Positions 1 through 9,182 of a stretch of DNA of 64,000 bases are shown one piece after another. Every line of letters begins with the position of its first letter. Positions within the stretch are counted from its first letter, which is position 1. This DNA is from Andalucia godoyi And28 (lineage: Eukaryota > Protista > Jakobida): NCBI GenBank assembly GCA_009859145.1, contig VRVR01000009.1, positions 1 to 64,000 of the forward strand. The letters run 5' to 3'. The translations under genes were made by a program, and so were the position numbers. Under the pieces are notes generated by a model that had not been told where the DNA came from, did no database searches, and saw only the letters and a program-made list of their open reading frames with translations.

Positions 1-123
1 CGCATTTCAGCCAAAATTGCTCTGTTTTAATATATACACAACGTATGAAATGGCACAAGGAAAAGAAAAACACCGACTCACAAAAAGCGCGTAGTTCCCC
101 GAGGAGAGAACGGGGGGCAGAGA

Positions 124-1650
124 CTAGCATAGCTGGGACATGACCTGGAGTAGCGAGGACTGGCTGCCAGAGGTTCCTGGAGTGACGTCCCCGTGAACAT
201 CCCACATCAGCATTCCTCCCAGAGACTGCGACTGCACGTAGCTCACGTAGCTCTGGACAAGCGATGCATCAGCGTACGAGACAAATGCCTGCGAGTATGA
301 CGCCTGGGTGCCCGCGGGTGTCCACTGTCCGTCGTGATACGCCCACACCCCCGAGACCACGCCGCCGTCGTACCACTCGTGCTGCACAAACGTGCCTGCG
401 GCAACGAGCTGCGCGAGGTATGCGTACGTGAAGGATCCCGAGCATGCGATGCCCGACCGCGGATCCGTGGAGCACGACGGCTCGTCCTGGTTGCCCTGCG
501 CCACGCCCGCGAACTTCTCAAAGAGACCAAAGTTCGATCCGGCGGCAACCCCGGTCAGCATGCGGCCGTACGCCGGCACTCCCACGACGATCTTCTGCGA
601 CGGCACTCCCATCCCCAAGAGCGACTGCACGGACTGCTGGACGGAAAAGTCCGGGTTGTACGGCGATGCCGCGTCGGCCGTCAGGCTCGTGAGGTAGCCG
701 GTTGCCCCGACGGGTCCCGAGGCGTCGAACCCGCCATGAAAGTCGTAGGTCATCAGGTCGATGAAATCTGCATTCGCGGACAGGATTTTCCAGTTGTCGG
801 CTCCGACGGTCTGCAGCCAGGACGGGCCCGAGAGTACGGCGAGCGAGATGATGTACCGGCTGCCGATCGCACTGCGCACCTTGGCGACCAACGCCGCGTA
901 CTGCGATGCGAGATCGGGGGTCATGGACACCGGCTCAAAGTCAAGATCGATGCCATCCATCGCTGTTTTGTCCAGGATCAGCTTGACGGTCGATGCGAAC
1001 CTGTCGGGGTTCCGGAACGCACTGAGAAATGACGCGTCGTGTGCATATCCACCAACGGAGATCAGCTTTTTGAGAGTGCCCTTGGAATTCTGGAGACCCA
1101 TGAAGGCCTGGAAGTTTCCGCGGCCCCAGGCGGCTGGCGTCTGGGCAGTGCTGCAGATTGCCGAGTCCACCGTGCAGAGACCAGATGCGCCGAACAGAGC
1201 GTCGTAGTTTGCAAACGACTGGGCCACCCGAAGATCCGCGTTCGGATCGTTGAAGTACGTCGTGCCGTCCTGACCCACCTGCAGGAACGCATATGCAAGC
1301 GCATTCATGTGTTCGAGCTTCGCAGTCAGATCGGCGTTCGCAGCCACGGACCCGTCAGCGTTGATGGATCCAGGGAGCGGGTACGGCTGCGTGGGAACAG
1401 GCGTCGATGCGTAGATGGACCAGTCTGTCCAGTAGCTCATCACAAAGTGTCCGTTTGCTGCGGCTGGTGCGCTGCTGCCAGCGGAGGATGCGCGGGCAGG
1501 GCGGGACGAGTGCACGGAGCCCAGGTGTCGAGACGGAGACACATGCGCTGCATCTGCAAACAGCAGCACGTTTGACGTGCAGCACACGCACACGCACACG
1601 CACACCACAAAGGCCACGCTCCAAGCTGTGTTGGACCGTGCAGCCATCAT
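124..1650 (-). CDS. Secreted GH18 chitinase, bacterial-like, GC-rich
   Basis: 508-aa ORF with ATG and TAG. It has a hydrophobic N-terminal signal, the GH18 catalytic motif DGIDLDFE (DxxDxDxE), ISVGG, LMTYDFHG, GVPAYGR and a C-terminal GGMLMWDV. Confidence 0.92.
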   Translation of the reverse strand: MMAARSNTAWSVAFVVCVCVCVCCTSNVLLFADAAHVSPSRHLGSVHSSRPARASSAGSSAPAAANGHFVMSYWTDWSIYASTPVPTQPYPLPGSINADGSVAANADLTAKLEHMNALAYAFLQVGQDGTTYFNDPNADLRVAQSFANYDALFGASGLCTVDSAICSTAQTPAAWGRGNFQAFMGLQNSKGTLKKLISVGGYAHDASFLSAFRNPDRFASTVKLILDKTAMDGIDLDFEPVSMTPDLASQYAALVAKVRSAIGSRYIISLAVLSGPSWLQTVGADNWKILSANADFIDLMTYDFHGGFDASGPVGATGYLTSLTADAASPYNPDFSVQQSVQSLLGMGVPSQKIVVGVPAYGRMLTGVAAGSNFGLFEKFAGVAQGNQDEPSCSTDPRSGIACSGSFTYAYLAQLVAAGTFVQHEWYDGGVVSGVWAYHDGQWTPAGTQASYSQAFVSYADASLVQSYVSYVQSQSLGGMLMWDVHGDVTPGTSGSQSSLLQVMSQLC

Positions 1651-2558
1651 TCTGTCCTTGCTGGTGTTTTCGGTATATAACCCCGGTGTATTCGGTACTT
1701 TTTCTTGCAGTAAAGAAGCCTGCTGATGCTGGTGTCAAGTGAAAACAGGATCTGATAGTTCTCGGTGGAAATGAAGCAAACATCTGCAGGGCCACCACGC
1801 ATACGCAGAGGAGGAGTTATATACTGTGAGCGAGGGATTCGCACTTCGCGACTCGCGACCGAATACGGAACAAGATGGTTGATGGCGATGACTGCGCGCG
1901 TTTGTTCCTTTTTTGAGGAAACCCCCTGTAAAGACGGATGATTCCCTCTAAAGCTGCTTGAGCGCACTCGCACAACCCCCACGGTTTCTCGGATGGTAGG
2001 ATGCGCAGACGATGCACACGCGATGCGCGCAGTGATTCGCACTCCTTGTGACGGTACCCGATTTTGTATCTGAAAATCCTCAAGAAAGACACTCTCGGAG
2101 GTAGAATTTCCAAAAAAAAATAAATAATAATAATAACAAGACTGATTTTTACTGGGAAGGGGAGGACACAGCATCACTGTGCACTGTCCATCGTGTCCTC
2201 TCCGCCATCATCATCAGGAACAGTTTGCTCATCCCGAACATAGTCCACGCCCTCGATGGAAAGATCTTCCGGGATGTGCCGGCATGCACAGCCCCCATCG
2301 ACATAAGTACCAGCAGCAAAGGGAGCAGAAGCGGAAGTTGGAAGCGGGTGCAGGAGACGGGATTGAGAAAAGGAAATTTTAATTTTAAAAAATAAAGACA
2401 TAAAAACGGGAAAACGGAGCAAATCTCGAATTGTCGGAATTCAATTGGTATGGAAGCGTCCTTCTGAACAAACCACAAAGAGTGCCTGAAGTCGTCATCC
2501 CGTCGTTGCATGGGCAACAGCGAAAGCGACTAAGAAGGTGTTTGAAAGACAGCACCAG

Positions 2559-4085
2559 CTATCTTTTCAATTTGTGCTTTTTAAGAACTGCTCCAAGGGT
2601 TTCCTTGTGCACAGGCTTGCATAAAAAGTCGTCCATTCCAACTTCAAAACACCTTTTTCGAGTCTCATACAGCACATCCGCGGTGACAGCAATGATCGGT
2701 ATATGATGAGTTTCAGAGATCAGTTTTTCTTCCTGGCGAATCTTCGTTGTCGCTTCAAAACCGTCCATCTCGGGCATGAAGCAATCCATCAAAATCGCAG
2801 AGTACTTCTCCGGAGAATCCGTGAAGAGCTGAAGAGCCTCGCTTCCGTCACATGCAACATCGTATTCCCATTCGAGCTTGGAGAGATGCTTCGCAAGAAC
2901 ACGAGCGTTCAGCGGATTGTCTTCTGCAATAAGGGCACACGCGGGCAGCTCAATCACGACTGTTGGAGAGTCGACAGAAGTTGGATCATGGTATCCCGCG
3001 CCCGTATCGATGTGCACAGATAAAGTCATATTGTGAATTCCATCATTTTGAATTGCCATCAGAGTATCTTCCAGCGGCTTGCATGCCAGCGGCTTAAAAA
3101 TAGTGTAAGTCTTACACATCTTCAGCGCATCAGAAAAACGACCGACCTTTTCAAACATTCCCGCAGCCACGGCACCCACGCGCAGGATGGATTCGTCGAA
3201 TCGAGCCTCGACAAGCGGAAGAAGATCCTCCGAAAATGAAATTCCGTCACTGAAGGCATTTCCACTGCCGCTCTTGCTTGAGAGCGATTTCGACGACGAT
3301 GTTGCATTCGAAGACACAGAGCCAAGAGAAGGTGACGCGATGCTGGAAGCAGCATACGATGATGAGGACGAGCTTTCCGAATCCGTAAATGATGCACAGC
3401 TGTCTTGCATACTCCCCAGTGCTCCGGAGTTGTTCTCTCGGTCTGCTATCTTCGACGTATGTTGCGACCGGATGCGAACAACGTAACTGTTTCTCCATGC
3501 GGATTCTTTCACTATCTGCAAACACTGTAATGTTTCTGACATGGACTGAAGGTCATGACAGAGACTCTCGTCTTCCAAGAGGATCAGGTACTTCCGTTCA
3601 TACTGAAGCCGGTTCCGCAGCGACGGCAGGCCAATGCATTGAAACACTTCAAACCCAAGGAATCGCAGCACCCATGCTATGGTGTCGAAAAATGATCCCG
3701 CAAGCACCAAAACTATAGGATAGTTTCCGCGGAGCCATCCAATCTTGTTGTGGAGCACAAGATAGTCATCTCGCAACGTGCGCACAGGTTTTCCAACAGG
3801 CAAGCGCAGCGGTATGCGGATAATGAACTCGGAGCCGGCTCCAATCGAGCTGTCAACGACGATGCTGCCATTCATTCGGTCGATGGTCTGTTTGCAGAGC
3901 GCGAGTCCCAAGCACGATCCGCCTCGCTTCCGCTTCGACACATCCGCGTCATTTGGGAACAGCGGGATTCCGTATACTTGATGGCGCTCCGAAGAACGTT
4001 CATCAATACTTGACTGAGACACTGCACATCAGAAAGTATGGCAACCGTCGGAATATGAGCACGAGGGGTCGACAACGTCGTACAT
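2559..4085 (-). pseudogene. 5'-truncated, frameshifted hybrid histidine kinase (degenerate HATPase, degenerate receiver, intact C-terminal receiver)
   Basis: The N-box-like SDVQCLSQVLMNVLRSAIKYT is in one frame (ORF 3872..4075). GIPLFP..GGSCLGLALCK..MNGSIVVDSSIGAGSEF is in another (ORF 2559..4022), with the junction near 3971. No HisKA or sensor domain fits upstream. The receiver is intact (ALIAEDNPLN, LMDCFMPEMDG, TAD, FLCKP). First in-frame ATG is at 3875. Confidence 0.7.
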
Positions 4086-4298
4086 CTCGGTCCGTTATCG
4101 ACGCTACGATTTTATTACACGACGATGGTGGTGTTCTGTTGTTGCACAATTAATTCCAATAACAAGTTTTTGATAGGCAATTCAGCCAGGGGAAAAAGAA
4201 ATTTTCTTTTTTTCTCTGATAGCTCTGTCTCCATGCCCACAGCCAAAAAAAAAAAAAAAATATTCGTCATTCCCAGGGAACGTATGGCATCGACCTGG

Positions 4299-5330
4299 TC
4301 ATGCGGTTGCGATCGGAGATTTGCGAATTGGAGCGCTCAGAATGACATTCCAGTCACACTTCTTGCAGGCATACAGATTTTCCGCTCCTGCATCCTCCGA
4401 CTGCGTCTCACGAAAGAACTGCTCAACTTCGGTCAGCGCTAATTCAATGCCAGGCCCTTCCAAATAAAAGGAATCGAATCCCGCCTCGAGGACGAGGCGC
4501 AGCCGATCTTCCCACCACCCGTCCCAGTTCGGACGCAAAAAGACTTCGATGACCAGGAAACGCACGAGATTTCTGCGCAAAATGTTCGCCGCCGACTTCA
4601 GCGCAACAGTCTCGCATCCTTCACAATCGAGCTTCATAATGCCCACTTTCCCATACCCTCTGGTTTCGTGGAGAAAATCCAGAGACAGTGCAGGAACCTC
4701 GACGTCGAAGCAAGACGACGTGTCCCCCTCCGCGATGCAACCTCCCAGACTCGACATGTGGGACCTGCCGTCCGCTGCACGCTCCGCGAACACAACGGTG
4801 TTCCGAGAGCCTTCGCTTTGAGATACAGCGGCATTGAGGACCTCCGCATGATCGCTGAACCCGTTGAAAACAATGGCGGCTTGCACAGCACGAGACATGT
4901 ACAGCGATCCCTCGATACCCACAACTCGCATTCCCAAAGATGCCGCAAGCAGCGTTTCCGTTCCCCATTCCACGCCAACATCGATCATGACGGATTCAGG
5001 ATCAATCGCTCGCGCATACGAAACGATAGCGGCGAGATTCGGAAGAAGTTTTCCCAAAGGAGTCGAGTATCTCGGATCCGGATTGTTCCAGGCGGGAACC
5101 GGAAGAAAGAATGGTACAGGGAGGTTGTTCGTGGGAGCCAGGGTCAACGACGGAAAACTTGAGGACAAGGCGTTGTTGGCGTTCGTCCTGATCAACGTAT
5201 CCAAGTAGTCATCCTTGGGGCTGCTCTGAGGAAACGACAAGAGGTAAAGCACAATGAAGACACATGCAACAGCGAGGCTGCCCTTTGTCCACAAATCCTT
5301 CCAAGCGAAGGGAATTGCTTTGCGTAACAT
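4299..5330 (-). CDS. FkbM-family SAM-dependent methyltransferase with N-terminal membrane anchor
   Basis: Motifs MIDVGVEWG, VVGIEGS, VLNAAVS and IMKLDCEGCE, plus a hydrophobic segment near the N terminus. ATG at 5330. Confidence 0.85.
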   Translation of the reverse strand: MLRKAIPFAWKDLWTKGSLAVACVFIVLYLLSFPQSSPKDDYLDTLIRTNANNALSSSFPSLTLAPTNNLPVPFFLPVPAWNNPDPRYSTPLGKLLPNLAAIVSYARAIDPESVMIDVGVEWGTETLLAASLGMRVVGIEGSLYMSRAVQAAIVFNGFSDHAEVLNAAVSQSEGSRNTVVFAERAADGRSHMSSLGGCIAEGDTSSCFDVEVPALSLDFLHETRGYGKVGIMKLDCEGCETVALKSAANILRRNLVRFLVIEVFLRPNWDGWWEDRLRLVLEAGFDSFYLEGPGIELALTEVEQFFRETQSEDAGAENLYACKKCDWNVILSAPIRKSPIATA

Positions 5331-5832
5331 GAATCGCCGACTGAATGCCCAGGAACAACTTCGGGTGCAGGAACAAATGCTTCTGATTCCAAAATTGTCA
5401 AGCTGGTGCTTGAAACGGGATATCTGATGCTTCTTGAGAGACCGAGCTCCCGACTACAGCGGCTGTTTGCTTTTTTTTTTTTTTTTTGGTGCTTCCTTCA
5501 CATCCCCCTCATCCCAGTCAAAAGTGCGAGCGTTCGGGAACCTCGAGTTTGCAGCAAAAGGAGAAGCACAAAAGTACACACTGGCCTCTACGTCGCCATG
5601 AGCAGCGCAACATGCGAGAATTAGAAAGACTCAGCTATGCAACATGCATTGCGGACTGGCAGACAATCAGACAGCAGACAGCCAAAAGGGGGAGCGGGAA
5701 AATCCGGCAGTGCGAGCCGTACACTCCCCCCCCTCCCTGTCTCTCTCTGTCTCTAGAAAAACTCAAAACAGATTCATAACCTTTCTGCATGTTATACAAT
5801 TGGTTTAAATTCACCAACCGCGATCGAGCGAA

Positions 5833-6195
5833 ATGTCCGAAGATTCGAGCGAAAAGCGCTCTCAGTTTAAAGCGGAGCTTGCAAATATTGTCATGGAATC
5901 GCTCAAGTCCGCGAAGCTGTCTCGCGAGCGTTTTAAGCATTTGGCTCGAAAGCTTGTTCACAAGATCATGACTGCTCTTGGCGACGATGTGGTTGAATCC
6001 GGACGGGTTCCTGAAAAAGAGTTTAACAAGATCAAGGATTTTGTCAAAAAGAGTGTTCAGAAGGAAGATGTCTCAAAAAGAAAGTCTGTTTCGAGTCATG
6101 TATCTCGCCGCGATTCTCCAGGAACCCCTCCGGACCCTCCAAAGTCTGATATTCTTGACTTGCTCCGAAAGGCCAGAGACGGAAATGCGGACTAA
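5833..6195 (+). CDS. Small stand-alone SRI (Set2-Rpb1-interacting) domain protein
   Basis: 120 aa. FKAELANIV..L...RERFKHLARKLVHKIM...KIKDFVKKSVQK matches the SETD2/Set2 SRI pattern (FKHLARKLTH..M...K.YIKKYMQK). In-frame TAA at 5806-5808 upstream. Confidence 0.7.
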   Translation: MSEDSSEKRSQFKAELANIVMESLKSAKLSRERFKHLARKLVHKIMTALGDDVVESGRVPEKEFNKIKDFVKKSVQKEDVSKRKSVSSHVSRRDSPGTPPDPPKSDILDLLRKARDGNAD

Positions 6196-6340
6196 GCTTT
6201 TACTTGTATAATTTCGTGCTCAATAAATGTTATCTCTCTCTCTCTCTCTCTCTGTCTGTCTGTGCCATTGAAGGAGCTGGCCGGAGTTTAGAGCTGATGA
6301 GTGGTCTTTGCTGAGTTAACTTACGGGGTGCAGGGAGAGA

Positions 6341-6365
6341 GGGGGGGGGGGGGGGGGGGGGGGGG
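6341..6365 (+). repeat. G25 homopolymer run
   Basis: Read directly from the sequence. Confidence 0.9.
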
Positions 6366-7233
6366 ATATGGGGGTCCACTTCTTCATTTCGAGTGACCGT
6401 CTCCTCTACCCAAGTTTAAAAAAACAGTTCGTGGTAGAAAAAAGGCTGATCACCACCACAAGAAAAAAAACGGACCCAAGGCATCGAACTGCAACGGGAA
6501 ATCGGACCTCATCAGAGCGCCTATGCATCGTCATCAACCAGAGTTCTGCTTCCTTGGCGATGGAGTGTCTAGCCCCTCATTGTCATGCAGCCCTGCAGCA
6601 ACGCTGATTATCGCCCCATCTATCCCACCCACCACTACTCTTGTCGGTTTTTTTGCGCATGCTCTCCACGGCTTGCCACAAGCGTCGTATTTAATTTTTA
6701 TTAATTAGAAAATACTCCTTGACCCAATGCTTTTTGAACAGTCGTCTGTACAAGAATGTTGCAACAGCTGCGTCGTTAGAAGGGTGCCTCTGGTGGGACG
6801 GAGCAAGAAGAAGAAGGAGAAGGCGGAGAAGCGCAGAAACATAACCAACAGCGGATCACAACGGACACCCACGGTTCCGTGAATTCGCCTGATCCCTCGG
6901 AATCGGCAAAAACTCGTGATTGTTCGGCTTCGTGCCAGCGAGACTTGCATACCGAACAAGAATGGTGGGTGCGGGATGACAGCGGACAGCTCTGCAGCAA
7001 GCGGCAAGAAGGTGCTCCTACCGCATTTCATCTTGATGTCAGAACAAAGTGCGAATTTGCCAGCACTTGAACCGCGTGAGGTGGTCGGAGCTGCCGAGGA
7101 ACCAGGTTGCCGAGCATCCCGCACCCTCCTTCTTTATCATCGTCGTCTTCTTCTTCTGTGTCCACAATCTCTTCTTTTTTGAAAAGTGTTGCGTCCACGC
7201 TGCGAGATACTTGAGTGTGAAGATTCTAATACA

Positions 7234-8061
7234 ATGACTGCGGCTACTTCAAGCACGATCAACGCTGAAATCAAGTTCGACTGCCGTCCTTCGGACCTTT
7301 TCCGAATCCTGACAGACAGCACGCTCCACGAAATTTTCTCCTGCCAAAAGGCCACGATTGCGCCGGTGGAGAATACTGAAATTTCTCTGTATGGAGGCTA
7401 CATTTCAGGAAAGGTTGTCAAGATTGAGAAGCCGGGTTTGATTGAGCTTGAATGGAGGCATGCGGACTGGGACATCGCAGAACCAGTTTCCTCCGTCCGC
7501 TTCGAGATCAAGGCCGGGGATGCTAACGACACCGTCCTTGTGTTTGAGCATCGCAACGTTCCGAAGAAGGCGCTTTCAGAAACTGAAAAGGGTTGGGAGA
7601 CATTCTACTGGAAGCCGATTCGTGTGATGCTGGGCACCCGGAAGCACGGATGGGACGCCAGCGGTGCCATTTGCCACGTGGATTTGCCTTGCTACGATTT
7701 GCCACGCATTCAGAAGTTTTACGGTGATCTCTTCAACTGGTCTTGGTCTGCGTGGAAGGAGGATTATGCCACGTTCTCGGGCCCGTTCGGATCTTTGAGC
7801 GGTGGTGCTGCATTAATTAAGCCCCAGGAAGGCGGTAAGCCGTCTGCCAAGAAGCCGCGCGTCGAAATGACCCCCGATTGCATGGCAGAGCGCGTCTGTC
7901 TGTACATCAACGTCAAGAGCATTGAGGATACTCTTGAGCAGATTGAGAAGGCCGGCGGAAAGAACGTTCGCGGAAAGGAACCAATCGGTACATTTGGTTT
8001 CGATGCTCGGTTCTTGGACACGGAAGGCAATCTTGTCGGATTGTACCAGTCGGCTTTGTGA
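7234..8061 (+). CDS. AHSA1/SRPBCC (START-like) domain fused to a VOC (glyoxalase-like) domain
   Basis: First ATG at 7234. The N half (ISLYGGYISG, LEWRHADW, FEHRNVP, GWETFYW) is AHSA1-C-like. The C half (ICHVDLP, KFYGDLFNW, IEKAGGK, FLDTEGNLVGLYQ) is VOC-like. Confidence 0.8.
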   Translation: MTAATSSTINAEIKFDCRPSDLFRILTDSTLHEIFSCQKATIAPVENTEISLYGGYISGKVVKIEKPGLIELEWRHADWDIAEPVSSVRFEIKAGDANDTVLVFEHRNVPKKALSETEKGWETFYWKPIRVMLGTRKHGWDASGAICHVDLPCYDLPRIQKFYGDLFNWSWSAWKEDYATFSGPFGSLSGGAALIKPQEGGKPSAKKPRVEMTPDCMAERVCLYINVKSIEDTLEQIEKAGGKNVRGKEPIGTFGFDARFLDTEGNLVGLYQSAL

Positions 8062-8133
8062 TGCGGAAGATGATGCTGATGCACAGGATGTAAACAGTGC
8101 ACCTTTTTTTTTTTTTTTGGCTTTTCACAACGT

Positions 8134-8826
8134 CTATTTGATCACATCCCCAATGTTCTTGCATACGACGCTGCCTGGAGGCGCATCATTCGTCACGAGT
8201 ACTGTATTGCAGGCGATTGGACTGCACGAGAAATCATTGGGCAGCAGTTCCAAAATGAGATCATCTACCCACTCTCCTCGCATCAAGATGGATCGATAAG
8301 AACGGTGGCGCTCTTTGAATCCGAGGCGAAGGAACAGCGCCAATGAAGAGGCATTCCGAGGGTCAATGGACACGGTGACCAGCCTTTTCTTGTGTCTGTT
8401 GAACAATTCCGTTATGATCCAGTGCATTGCCTCCAACGCTAGACCCTTTTTCTGCCAATGCGGTGCAATTGAAATTCCCAGCTCAACTTTCGAACAGTCT
8501 GGAACATCTTCAATCACATGTATGCCGATATCTCCGATCAGTTCGCCGTCACACGAAAAGGAGGAGGCGGAAGAAGAAACGGAAGAAGGAGGCAGCGACG
8601 ATAATGATGATGCGCAGCGAAGCGCTAACTGGTACCAACCAGGATTCATAAGATTCACAGGTTCGCTGTTGTCTTGAATAAACTGGTCGACGTCACGCAA
8701 GGATCGCGGAAGCCAGTACTGGTATTGCGAAACACTCGGATGAGATCTGTAGGAAAACATTGCAGGAGCGTCGGATGCACGCAGAGCGCCAATTTCCAGC
8801 CTTTTTGTGGCTCCATAGAGTTCCAT
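8134..8826 (-). CDS. GNAT N-acetyltransferase, RimJ/RimL-like
   Basis: Motifs RLEIGALRASDA, LIGDIGI, ELGISIAPHWQKKGLALEA and DPRNASSLALFLRLGF. ATG at 8826. Confidence 0.85.
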   Translation of the reverse strand: MELYGATKRLEIGALRASDAPAMFSYRSHPSVSQYQYWLPRSLRDVDQFIQDNSEPVNLMNPGWYQLALRCASSLSSLPPSSVSSSASSFSCDGELIGDIGIHVIEDVPDCSKVELGISIAPHWQKKGLALEAMHWIITELFNRHKKRLVTVSIDPRNASSLALFLRLGFKERHRSYRSILMRGEWVDDLILELLPNDFSCSPIACNTVLVTNDAPPGSVVCKNIGDVIK

Positions 8827-9182
8827 TCTCGCAAGTTGTCCACTCCGTAACGGCTAATGAGGAAAATCCAACGAGGAAATGACGAACAAAAACTCCTCGG
8901 TGCGCCATCGTGCCCGCGATCAATTCCCACAACTTTTCTTTCGTAAAAGAATAAATAACATAAACAACCCCCCAGTTTTTGCAGAGATCGAGTCGACGAT
9001 CGCCGATCGTCAACTCAGCCCAGCTTGAACCACCTCCCTCTCACACACAAAGAATTCAAATTCCCCAGCGTATGCTTTTTCAAAGTAGCAGAACCTCATA
9101 AAAAGAAAGAGAGCATATTTACTTTTTGTTGCTGTAAAGAAAGATCCCCATCAAAGGTCGGAGCGTTGAACACATCCGAAAT

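Noticed and set aside
1647-2517. ORFs 1647..2177, 1817..2113, 2149..2517 and 2174..2422
   Set aside because: No recognisable motifs, they cross AT-rich tracts, and no splice combination gave a credible protein.
5406-5779. Possible upstream exon (WW domain) for the SRI gene
   Set aside because: No WW pattern, and an in-frame TAA lies between the plausible acceptor at ~5756 and the SRI ATG.
6368-7182. Several 60-140 aa ORFs on both strands
   Set aside because: No family motifs and mostly non-ATG starts. A real small gene ending at 6705 cannot be excluded but is unsupported.
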